Source of the DNA: Chiloscyllium plagiosum
Taxonomy: Eukaryota
Reading direction: 5' to 3'
Length of the DNA stretch: 64,000 nucleotides
NCBI RefSeq assembly: GCF_004010195.1
Contig: NC_057759.1
Location: 8,013,929 to 8,077,928 of the forward strand
In this document: positions 51,021 through 62,516 of the stretch, piece by piece
How the letters are laid out: each line of letters begins with the position of its first letter
How positions within the stretch are numbered: the first letter of the stretch is position 1
Notes under the pieces: generated by a model
Database searches by the model: none
What the model was told of the DNA's origin: nothing
Seen by the model: only the letters and a program-made list of their open reading frames with translations
Program-made: the position numbers and the translations under genes

Positions 51021-51166
51021 AACTTATTCTTTTTGAGCAATTAATTAAAATTGGAATCTACTGGGCTCCAGTAACATGAAGTGCAAAACAAAAATTGGCC
51101 ACTTTTTCATTGACAATATACTTTCTTTCAATCCTAATTGAACCTGATGACTTCTTTTGTTTCCAG

Positions 51167-51681
51167 GTTAAAATCTGTGAAGTGCAGATGCGGGGCACTC
51201 CAAGGGATCTATTACCTGGTGATCCTATCTGTAGTCCTGTAGCTACTGTCCTGGCAGAGGCCACTATTCAACTCATCCGTATTCTGCATCGTTCAGACAA
51301 ATGGACTCACTGTATAAACAAAAATATGATGGACCGTTTGCAGAAAGTCAAATCTTGCATCAAAGAAATCAGCCAGAAATTAAAAAAGAGTCGCTCTGTG
51401 CAAAGTAGAGATGAACATGAAATAAAAGAAGAGAGTAAGGAGGAGGAAAAGAGCAAGTATAGCAAGCATGGTTTGGCAGAGCTCTCAGAAATCCAGCTGA
51501 GGACCCTGTGCACTGAGGTGTGGCCTGTACTCGCAGTAATTGGTGGTGTTGATACAGGTCTTCGAGTTGGAGGGAGGTGCATTCACAAGCAGACAGGGAG
51601 GCATGCTACTCTTTTAGGCGTACTCAAAGAAGGGAGCACTTCAGCAAAAGTACAATGGGATGATGCTGAAATAACAATAAG
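51167..51681 (+). CDS. HERC1: HERC1 exon 11, 515 nt, VKICEVQMRGTPRDLLPGDP...KVQWDDAEITI
   Basis: tttccag|GTT ... ATAAG|gtaggt; phase 0-2. Confidence 0.97.
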
Positions 51682-52084
51682 GTAGGTATGATATTAATCT
51701 TTAGTGGAGCTGATTGTTTTTGTTTACCAGTATTTATAATGCATATGGCCATGTCTCTTTCTATCTGTTGCGCTTGTGTATAAATTATACTTTTTTTTTC
51801 TGTTGTCCACAGTGATTTATAGCAGATGTTGTTTTACGACATTTGAGGTTGTAACTGTAGTGTATGACAGGAAAACTGTTTCAGGAAATTCCATGCTTTT
51901 TAATAATCAAGATTTTAATGTAATTTATGCATGTAGATCTGTAAGCAATGCATTACAAACAAATGTGTTAACATATTCATGGAACACGTGTTCCCTGTGA
52001 CTGGTCATATTTAAAGCAAGTGCAATCTTTGAACCCTTATTGTCCCTAGTGGTTAGCACTGCTGCCTCACAGTGCCAAGGACCC

Positions 52085-53320
52085 TTTTGTTCCCTTATTT
52101 AAGAAAGGAAGCAGCGATAATCCAGGAAACTATAGGTCAATGAGCCTGATGTCTCTGGTAGGGAAGTTCTTGGAGAAGGTACTGAGGGACAAGATATATG
52201 CAAAGTGGAAGAAAATGGACTAGTTAGTGACGGGCAGCATGGTTTTATATGGTCAAAGTCATGTCTTACCAACCTGAATGAATTTTTTGAAGAGTTGACA
52301 AAAATAATTGATGAGGATGTGGTTTATATGGACTTTAGTAAAGCATTTAATAAGGTCCTACATGGCAGATTAGTTCAAAAACTAAAATCACATGGGATTC
52401 CGGGTTGGCTGGCTAGATAGATGCAAAACTGGCTGGGTCATAGAAGACAGAGGATAGCATTGAAAGGGTGTTTTTCAGTAACTATTGGTGTTCCACAGGA
52501 ATCAATATTGGGTCCTCTGTTGTTTGTAGTAGATATAAATGATCTGGAGGAAAATGTGGGTGGTCTGATTCGTAAAGCTTGCAGAATGACATGAAAATTG
52601 GTGGAGTTGCTGATAGTACCAGCAATTGTGAAAGGATCCAACAGGATATAGATGGATTAGTAACTTGGGCACAGAAATGGCAAATGGAGTTTAATCCAGA
52701 CAAATGCGAGGTGATCCATTTTGGAGGATCAAATTAAAGTGTGAATTAATCTTTAAATGACAGAATTCTTCGGAATATTAACATACTGACTGATCTGAGC
52801 ATGCAGGTCCACGGTTACCTAAAAGTGTTACACAGGTGGCCAAGGTGATTAAGGAGGCATATAGCATGCTTGCCTTCATCGGCAGGGGCAAGGAGTACAA
52901 AAGATGGCATATAGTTGGAGCTATACAAAAGCCTTGTTACATAATTATGAGAGGCATAGATAGGATGGATCGTCAGAAGCTTTTTCCCACAGTTGAAGTT
53001 TCAATTACAAGAAGGGACAGGTTCAAGATAAGAGGAGGAAAGTTTAAGGGAGATGTAATGAGGGAAGCTTTTCCCACAGAGAATGGTAAGAGCCTGGAAT
53101 GCGCTACCAGAAGAGGAGGTGGAAGCAGACACATTGGTGACATTTCAGAGGCATGTTGGTTACATGAATAGGGAGGGAATGGAGGGATACAGACTGAATT
53201 AGGGCAGAAAGTTTCTTATTTAGTTAGAGAAGGACGATCGGAGTTTAGTAAGGGAATGATGATCGGCACAAGCTTGGAGGACCTGTTCCTGCGCTATATG
53301 TTTTTCTACTTGTGTTCATT
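52085..53320 (+). mobile_element. CR1 LINE fragment inserted within an HE1-type SINE (halves at about 52049-52084 and 53326-53520)
   Basis: GQHGF..KSCLTNL.EFFEE and MDFSKAFNKV; SINE head before it and SINE core after it. Confidence 0.82.
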
Positions 53321-53579
53321 TTTATCCTCAGGCTGTTGGAATTTGCACATTCTCCCTGTGTCTGCGTGGGTTTCCTCTGGATGCTCTGGTTTCCTTACCA
53401 CGGTCCAAAGATGTGCAGGTCAGGTGGATTGGCCATGCTGGATTGCCCGTAGTGTCCAGAGATGTGTAGGTTAGGTGGGTTAGCCATTGGAAATACAGGG
53501 ATAGGGTGGGGAGATTGTTTGGTGTGCCAAATGGAGCCCTCCAATTACAGGCCTCCACTGGAGAATGCAGAAACAATTG

Positions 53580-53940
53580 TTTTTTGTTAATACATTAGTG
53601 AGCTGTGTGTGTTATTGGCTACCCAACATTATTGCCCGTCCCTAATTGCTGAGATGGCTGTTCAGAGTCAACCACATTGCTGTGGGTCTGGAGTCACATG
53701 TAGGTCAGACTAGACAAGGATGGCAGATCTCTTTCTCTAAAGGGCATAAGTGAAACAGTTGCTTTTACAACAATCGACAATAGCTATACAGTGGCATTAG
53801 ACAAGCTTTTAATTCCAGATTTTATTGAGTTCAAATCTTACCATCTGTCACAGTAGGATTCGAACACATGTTCCCAGACTATTAATCTGAGTCTCTGGGT
53901 TACTCGTCCATTCACATTACCAATATATCATCTCCTCCCA
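53580..53940 (-). mobile_element. Second tRNA-derived SINE-like repeat
   Basis: Reverse complement has a tRNA-like head with B box GTTCGAATCC (plus strand GGATTCGAAC near 53857). Confidence 0.6.
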
Positions 53941-54221
53941 CATATGCAAATTTAATTCAAAGTATATCCAAATATGTAAAGTCTGTCAGATTCACATACA
54001 CTTATTAAGTGGTTAGTCATTTAATTAGCTCTGTGGCTGATTTTTTTTTCTCTGCAATTTTGATTTTTCTTCTTCAAAGTTGTCTGGCACAGATTGCTTT
54101 AGTTTTTCCTTTTTTTAATCTCAACAAATACATGCATTGATTACATTTCCTGTGTAAATTAAAGTAGTGGCTGTATTTTGAAATCATTTGCAAAGTAGCA
54201 GCTTTTACGATTGAACAAAAC

Positions 54222-54335
54222 AGCCCTCTTGTGGCTCAGTGATCGTGTCCCTACCCCTGAACCAGGAGGTCCAGGTTCAAGTCCCACCAGCTCCAGAGGT
54301 GTGTAATACCATCTCTTGAGTGGATTGATTAGAAA
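54222..54335 (+). mobile_element. Short tRNA-derived SINE-like fragment
   Basis: A box GTGGCTCAGTGA and B box GGTTCAAGTCCC, with no complete cloverleaf. Confidence 0.55.
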
Positions 54336-55032
54336 ACAAAAGCCTCCCACAAAACCTAGTGCTCTTTGAATTCATCCACATTTCTGGCAACTGTTTGAAT
54401 TTGGCACCACACTGCAGGGATCTCTAGGCATGCTGAAGCAATGATGTTAATAAGAATGGCAAGAAGCTAGTCACAGTGAAGTATTCTCACCGTTAATCAG
54501 AACATTTTAAGTACTGAATCCCTTTACTTTTAGTTTAAATTTTTAAATAACAAAATAAAAGATGGAAACAAAGATGAAAATTACAGTTTTTTTAATGGAG
54601 ATTTTATCTGAGAATTTTACATTTCTGAAGTCTAAACTTAATTTTTAATGGGGGTGTGTGAGGATGTTCAGTGGTAATTGAGAACAAATATGCCATTAAA
54701 CAAGTTGCATGCCTTTCAACAAGTTATAAACTTTTTCAAGGGTAAGACTAAGAATATAAGAGTGGGAAATTTTGCCATTTCATTAATTTTCCAATGATTA
54801 CAAACTGGAGGAATCTCTATAACAAAGTGTAGAATTTCTCACAGTAACTTCTGTTTTTCTGGATCTGTACACTTACTGTCAAATTTAGTAGATTAATGAT
54901 TACGACTACTAACATTTTAGTTGTCATTACCACCTCAAAACCCAGGCCTTTGTGTGACAGTATTGTCACAAATTGTGATTGGCTTTGAATATTGGTAAAG
55001 CCCCTGTTAATCAAACCCATTGTACAGCTGTT

Positions 55033-55355
55033 GATTAGATTAGATTAGATTAGATTCCCTACAGTGTGGAAACAGGCCCTTCGGCCCAACCAGTCCACAC
55101 CGACCCTCCGAAGAATAACCCACCCAGACCCATTTCCCTCTGACTAATGCACCTAACACTATGGGTAATTTAGCATGGCCAATTCACCTAACCTGCATAT
55201 CTTTGGAGTGTGGGAGGAAACCGGAGCACCCGGAGAAAACCCACACAGCCACTGGGAGAATGTGCAAACTCCACAACAGCCAGATGCTGGAATTGAACCT
55301 TGGTCCCTGGTGCTGTGAGGCTGCAGTGCTAACCACTGAGCCACCGGGCCGCCCC
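55033..55355 (-). mobile_element. HE1-type SINE
   Basis: (GATTA)n tail at the left, core and head CACTGAGCCACCG at the right. Confidence 0.9.
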
Positions 55356-56004
55356 AAATAGTGAGTCCCTTCATTTCAAATTGTGAATTAATTGGAGGCC
55401 ATCATTGGAAAAATGGGAAGCCTCGCTCATTTTAAAAACATAGTGTTATAAAAATATAAAAATTTATGGGGTCGATCAATTTTTTAACTCATTCAGTTCC
55501 TTGCGTCTGAGTAATTATATCTTAAGTGAAATGTTAAAAAATAATTGAGATGGCAAATATTTTTACGTGAATTATTTATTTTTCTAATTTATCTTGATCT
55601 TGACATCCCATTGTTGGATAACATTTGATTTTTTCCAAATTTAAATTGCGGTATTCTTATAATTTCTTTTTAAGGATATAAATGTAAATTCACTACTTGG
55701 GAAGCTGCTATGGAAAGGATTTAAGATTAATAGACATTTGAAAGTCTTGCTTGCATGTACAGTTTTGCTTCAAAATTAGAGTTTAAGATTCTAAGCTATT
55801 GAAAGAGAGTGATTCATTTATCTTTATCTCTCCTCTCTTTAAAAAGTGAATTTTTACATATTTTACACTTACACCAGTCTGCTAATCCATAAAATTCATG
55901 TCTTTCTGCATCCGTATGTTTATTCTTCTATAACTGTCTTCTGTACATTCCTCCTTTCTATCCCTCACTTGCTTTCATCCATGTCGTTCTGAATCTGATT
56001 AAAG

Positions 56005-56798
56005 CTTCCCTACTTCTTGGTCACCCAGTGACACACCGCTATACAACTTGGAACCCTGTGACCCACTGCCTTTTGATGTCTCACGATTCCGTGGGTTGAC
56101 AGCTTCTCTGCTGCTAGACCTCACCTACTTAACTGGCGTTCATGAAGAGGGAACTAAACAGAGTGCAAGACGTCATGAGAAAAAGCACAGGCACGAATCT
56201 GAAGACAAAGCAGAGATGGAGCAGAAATTCGAGGCAGATCTTACTAAAGAAACCATTGATCGAGTGATCACACAGTCAGCTGAGGAGACAAAAGGCATTA
56301 TGCAAGGTGGAGCTTCCAATTCACGATCAGAAAATGACATTTCAACTTGCACTATGGATTCCGTGCATCTCAGTTTAGATTCTCAACACCATCTGCTGGA
56401 AGGAAAACGAAAGCCTCATGAGCATGTACTGAGAAATCATGATTTAGTTCAATCAGAAATTCGAGCAGTTCAGTTATCGTACTTGTGTCTTGGTGCTATG
56501 AAGACACTTAGTGTTCTACTTAGCTGTAGCAAGTATGCAGAATTGTTGCTGATCCCAAAGGTTTTAACTGAGAATGGCCACAATTCAGACTGTGCTGGGT
56601 CACCAGTTATTCAGGACGATGGAGAAATGAGAACTGCGCTCCAGTTTCTGATGCGCCACATGGTGAAACGGGCTGTCATGCGTTCACCAATTAAGAGAGC
56701 ATTGGGACTGACTGATCTTGAGCGTGCACAGGCCATGATTTATAAACTGATTGTGAATTCGCTGCTGGACGATCAATTTGGTGGCAAAGTTAAACAAG
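56005..56798 (+). CDS. HERC1: HERC1 exon 12, 794 nt (770 nt if the acceptor at 56028/56029 is used), FPTSWSPSDTPLYNLEPC...QFGGKVKQ
   Basis: attaaag|CTTC or tcacccag|TGAC, both in frame; donor CAAG|gtatga; phase 2-1. Confidence 0.95.
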
Positions 56799-57759
56799 GT
56801 ATGACTATTTATGAATATCAACATTATAATGGTTAGGCTGCTAAGCATCGGTTGCCTCATAGGTTTAGGAAATACTTTGTTTGAATAAGTCACTAAGATC
56901 AATATGTGTAAGCCATATCTATAGCTGCCATGCTGACTAATTAAAATCTAATATACAGCACAGTTAAATTTGCAAACATGTATGGAATCACAACGAAGTA
57001 TAACAATACAATAATTTGTTCATTTCAATTGCATTGCTCTATTTAAGATTTCTGCAGGGCACTTCTTTGGTTTCCTTCTTTTACAATTGGTAACCTTTTG
57101 CCTCATCGTGTACCCCTGCACAAAAAGAAATGTTCAAACTAAGAACAGGAGAACAATATGTTCTCAGGCTACTGATAAACAAAATGCTACTGATGGGGTC
57201 CCTGACTTAGGAATGTCCAGACTGACAAAAGAGATTTGATACTGTTATTAATTTTAAGCATCCAACATGCTAATGTTTACTCATACAGATATTCTATATT
57301 GTACTTCACTGTCTTCCAACTTGCCTGCAAATTGACTAAGGACCACACTCAGGAATGGAACTTGTTTGTAACTCAGGAACAGTCTATAGTTATGATGTGT
57401 TTTCTCCTTTTTTGTGGTGGAGAGAGGAAAGGAGACTTTCCCCACAGGAATTTCCTCAGGACCCTTGTTACTTTTTTTTCTCAGTATTTAATGACCTCTA
57501 GTAGTATGGGTTGAAGATGTTGAAGAAAATGCAAAGGCCTGTATTTATTGCAAAAAACTGGGTTTACTTTCCAGTAAAAGAATAATTATTGGCAATACCT
57601 CTCCATTGTTAGTCAATGGTAGAATTGAGCTAAGCTGACTCTAAATTGGGGAAACTTGATTCATGCTCATACTGACTACTTTTGACTATTGTGTACAGAG
57701 CGGATTATCACCCATGTAAATTCCTGTTTACCTGTGACAAAAATAGAAATTACTGAAGG

Positions 57760-58985
57760 AACTCCAGACTATCAGAAGGATGTGGATGTTTTGGAGAGGG
57801 TACAGAAAAAGTTTACCAGGATGTTGCCTCGTGTGGGGGATTTTAGCTATGAAGAAAGGTTGGATAGACTGGGTTTGTTTGCACTGGAATGCAAAAGAAT
57901 CTGTAGTGTGTAAGATTGTGAATGGCATGGAATGATTGGAAAGTATGAGGAAAGTACAAGGTTAAAAAGAGATGTGTGAGGCAGGAGGAAGTACAAGGTT
58001 AAAAAGAGATGTGTGAGGCAGGAGGAATTGAAAAGGAGCATATTTGATAAGATCCCTCATGCAAGATTTTATTCGGTAAAGTTAAAGCACATGGGGTAAT
58101 TGGCACACAAAATTGATTGTCATACAGGAAACAAGGAGTTGGAATCAATGAGTCTTTTTCTGAGTGCCAAGCAGTGACACTTACAATACCATACTTGGTC
58201 TCCAGCTATTTATAAATTACCTGGATGAGGTAACCAAATGCAACATTTCCAAGTTTGCTTCGACACAAATTTGGTTGGGAATGAGAGTTATGAGGAGGGT
58301 GTTAGGAGCCTTCAAGGTTATTTAGACAAGTTGAGTGAGTACACAAAAACATGGCAGATATAGTACAATATGACTAAATGTGAGGTTACACACTTAAGTG
58401 TGAAAAAACAGGCAGAATATTGTGTAAGTGGTGATATATCAGGAAGTATAGAGGTATAAAGGGATCTAGGTGCCCTTATACACTAGTCACAGAAAGTAGA
58501 CAGGCAGGTTTTGATTGGTTTTATTGTAGTCTTGTACCTAAGTACAGTGAAAAGCTTTGTTTTGAAAGCAGTATAGGCAGATCATAGCAAACAAGGGCAT
58601 ACAGATCATAATGTACTTAGACAGAGTGAGGCATGCAAGGTTAAAGCTACACAGGAGGTGCCCTAAGCAAGATCAGCATTAGTAAGATCAGCATTATTTG
58701 AAGTCAGAGAGGTTTGTTGAGAAGTCTAATAACATCAGAGAAGAAGCTGTTTTCGAATCTGTTGCAACATGTGTTCCAGCTTCTGTATTTTCTGCCTGAT
58801 GGAAGAGTTGGAACAGAGAGGTGCAGCAAGCAATTAGGAAGCCAAAAGGTATGCTGGCCTTCATTGCAAGAGGATTTGAGTTCTGACGTAAGGATGTCTT
58901 ACTGCAGCCATGCAGGGTTTTGTTGAGACCACATCTGAAGTATTGTATGCAGGTTTGCACCGAAGAAAGGATGTACTGACAGTCA
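57760..58985. mobile_element. Old plus-strand CR1 fragments interrupted by a minus-strand Rex1-type 3' fragment (about 58510-58815)
   Basis: LERVQKKFTRMLP (plus); DSKTASSLMLLDF and ACAGTGAAAAGCTTTGT resemble the Rex1 3' end at 27300-27550. Confidence 0.65.
57952..58025. repeat. Exact 37-bp tandem duplication AAGTACAAGGTTAAAAAGAGATGTGTGAGGCAGGAGG x2
   Basis: Units start at 57952 and 57989. Confidence 0.9.
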
Positions 58986-59129
58986 AAAGGGGGTTTCATC
59001 ATCACATTTGTTCACAGGTCAATTTGTACGCAAGTGGGAACACAATGCAGGACAACATACAGTAGCCATTTGGAAGTCCAAGTAAATTATAGCCCTGTAA
59101 GGAATTGCATTCATAGTTACAAGCATTCT

Positions 59130-60240
59130 TAGAACATAACAGCACAGTACAGCCCTTTGGCCCTCGATGTTGAGCCAACCTGTGGAACCAATCTGAAGCC
59201 CATCTAACCTACACCATTCCATTTTCATCCATATGTTTATCCAATTACCATTTAAATGACCTTAAAGTTGGAGATCTACTGTTGCAGGCAGTATGTTCCA
59301 CGCCCCTACTACTCTCCAAGTAAACAAAACTACCTCTGACACCTGTCCTATGTCTATCACCCCTCAATTCAAAGCTATGTTTTTTGTGCTTGCCATCACC
59401 ATCCAAGGAAAAAGGCTCTCACTGTCTACCCTGTCTCATCCTCTGATTATCTTATTTGTCTCAATTAAGTCACCTCTCAACCTTCTCTCTGACAAAAACA
59501 GCCTCAATCCTTTAGCCTTTCCTCTTAAGACCTTTCCTCCATACTAGGCAACATCCTAGTAAATCTCATCTGAACCCCCGCCAAAGCTTTCACATCCTTC
59601 CAATAATGCAGTGACCAGAACTGTACACAATACTGCAAGTGTGGCTGCACCAGAGTTTTGAACAGCTGCAGCATGACCTTGTGGCTCTGAAATACCTCCT
59701 TAACAACCCTGTCAACCTGGGTGGCAACTTTCAAGGATCTTACGTACATGGACACCGAGATCTCTCTGCTCATCTACGCTACCAAGAATCTTACATTTAG
59801 CCCAGTACTCTTTATTCCTGTTGCACTTTCCAAAGTAAATCACCTGACACTTTTCTGCATTAAACGCCATTTGCCCCTTCTCAGCCCAGCTCTGCAGCTT
59901 ATCTGTGTCCCTCTGTAACCTGCAACATCCTTCAGCACTAACCACACCTCCACCAACCTAAGTGTCATTCGCAAATTTACTAACCCATCCTTCTACACCC
60001 TCATCCAGGTCATTTATAAAAATGACAAACAGCAGTGGCCCCAAAACAGATCCTTGCAGTACACCACTAATAACTGAACTCCAGGATGAACATTTCCCAT
60101 CAACCACCACCCTCTGTTTTCTTTTAGCTAGCTAACTTCTGATCCAAACTGCTAAATCACCCTCAATCCCATGCCTCCATATCTTGTGCAATAGCCTGTC
60201 ATGGGCAACCTTATCAAAGGCCTTACTGGAATCCATATAG
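59130..60240 (-). mobile_element. 5'-truncated CR1 LINE, same subfamily as 49850-51020
   Basis: LFKTLVQPHLQYCVQFWS and LQRDTDKLQSWAEK on the minus strand; the 3' UTR closely matches 50920-51010. Confidence 0.9.
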
Positions 60241-61819
60241 TTCATTAGTTGATTGTTTGTAAGTCTGGTTCTCCTTGTACTTGGCATGATGGCAGCATTC
60301 TATGAAGAGCTATTAGTTGGACTGGTTCTGCATTCACTGGAATTTAGGAGATGAGAGGGGATCTGATTGAAATGTATAAAATATCAACAAGGTTCTCCAA
60401 ATGCAGCAAGACCTGGACAATCTCCAGGTTTGGGTTGAAAAGAGGCAAGCAAAATTCATGCCACAAAAAACATCTCCAATTAGCAATAATCTAATGTCTG
60501 CCCCTTCCTTTCGCAAAGAATAAGACTGTCTTACTGAAGCCTATTAGGTCCTAAGGCAAATGCAGGAAAAGTGTTCCAAAGAATGGTAATGGCACTCAAA
60601 ATTAATTTGGTTTTTTTCCTTAGATGCTGCAGATAGGTTGAATTTCTCCAGCACGTTGGTTTTATTTCAGACCCAGCATCTGCTTTAATTTAATTTTATT
60701 ACAAGGAAGATGTTTCTTCTTATAGGGAGACTAGAACTAGGAGCTCAGTTTCAGAGGTCAGTCTTTTTAAGACAGATGACTTTTCTATTCTCTCAGAAGA
60801 TTGTTCATCTGTGGAATATTCTTCCCATTAGATAGTGAGGTGTCAGTCGATGAACATATTCATGGTTGAATTAGATTTTTGATCAAGAGATGTAGATGTT
60901 TATGATGCACATACAGGAACGGTGGTGTTCAGGCCAAAATCCTATCAATCATGAACCTGCTAAATGGTCTAATTCTGCGCCTAGGTTGTGTGTTCCTAAA
61001 CACTTTATGAATGTTTCAGGAAAAATTACAAGTCAAGAGCAACATAGTCCCTTAAAGAATAATAATAGTCAATGTGGAAATAGGATATGTGGGCATCTGA
61101 ATAATTACTTAGCATCAGTATTCACAGTAGAAGAAAATGTTGTCATGTTAGATGACCCAAGAAAACTGTTGTTAAGTCAGGGACTGGGAATCACCAGTTT
61201 TGATATAGGTATTACTGCAGTATTGAAGAAATTAATGACCCGAAGGAGTGGCAGATCTTCAGGCCGACTGGTTTTCAACTAAGGATTTAAAAGCAAGTAC
61301 TTTATATTTAGACGATGATTTCAATTAGTCTTCCAAAGTTCTCTTGACTTGCAAACTTTTCTTTTAGTTTGGAAAGTACTCAAAATGCAGTTGTGACAGG
61401 GCCACATAGGACAAATGGAGAGAAACGCTTTGTTTGCTAGTTAGAAGTCTAGAAGGGGGGCATGATTTAAGAACTAAAGCCAAAACTTTCCGTGGTAAAG
61501 GACATTTGAAGTTTGGAGGTCTCTCAAATGAAAGTTGATAGATGTATTATCAATTTTAGCTTGAAAATTATAAATAATTGTTAACCAAATATGCATAGGG
61601 ATATGGGACTACAGTGTGTATATGGTGTGATTAAACAATTAAATTATCTCTATGTTGAACAACCAAGCTATCTTCATAAGTTATACTCAAGTTTCATACA
61701 TTTGTATAGTTAAATCCCTGTATGTAATGGAATATGATTAAATTGCATATTATATTTTATGTGGAAGCACACTAATTGTGATCTATCGATTTATTACTAC
61801 CCTTACAAATTCCTGACAG

Positions 61820-62018
61820 ATGCCCCTCAGCAGCATGAAGAAATAGATGCTGCAATGCATGCACAAACACCTGTTACTACAAGTCCTTCTGCCTCCAGCA
61901 CCACTTCATTCATGAGCAGCTCTCTTGAGGACACCACCACTGCTACTACGCCCGTCACTGACACAGAAACTGTGCCTGCCTCAGAGTCACCCAGTGTAAT
62001 GCCACTCAGCCTTTTACG
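61820..62018 (+). CDS. HERC1: HERC1 exon 13, 199 nt, Ser/Thr-rich APQQHEE...TPVTTSPSASSTTSFMSSSLED...PLSLL
   Basis: cctgacag|AT ... TTACG|gtatgt; phase 1-2. Confidence 0.94.
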
Positions 62019-62355
62019 GTATGTGTTGTCATGCTCAATCTGATTTTAAGTGATTGATTGAAATTTATTCAGAATTGTTTCATTGTTTTAGCTTAAACCT
62101 TAATGCTTTTAAGCTAAATATGGGTGTATGTAAAGAAAATTAAATTTAGTTTCTCATTTGGTTAAGAAATTTGTGATTGGTTCTGAGCATTATTGTACAC
62201 AAGTACTGAATGTTTGCAGCAATATGTGATACCCTAAGAATCGAGAAAGAAGAATTCGAGCAGTTGAAGATGGTGTCATTTATGATCATGTTCATGTTGT
62301 TCCTGTGACCTTTAATGTGAAAAGATTTTTTTATCACTAATATTGTTCCCTTCAG

Positions 62356-62516
62356 TCAAATGTTCTCCAGTTATCCAACTACCACACTGCTGCCTAGTCG
62401 ACGAGCACAGACCCCACCTGTTTCTTCTCTACCAACCTCACCTTCTGAAGAGGTGGGTAGACGACAGAGTCTCACTTCACCTGAATCCCAGCCCACTCGA
62501 CCAACAAACCGAACAG
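62356..62516 (+). CDS. HERC1: HERC1 exon 14, 161 nt, QMFSSYPTTTLLPSRRAQTPP...RPTNRT
   Basis: cccttcag|T ... ACAG|gtactg; phase 2-1; read by hand (the ORF track shows another frame). Confidence 0.94.

Noticed and set aside
61825..61833. CAGCAG tandem acceptor inside exon 13
   Set aside because: It is out of phase with the upstream phase-1 donor and simply encodes Gln-Gln.
5867..62355. U12-type introns
   Set aside because: No donor matches RTATCCTT; all look U2-type.
5651..62516. HERC2, another SPRY gene, or a pseudogene
   Set aside because: Peptides match HERC1 throughout, and all 14 exons splice in frame with GT-AG boundaries and no stops.
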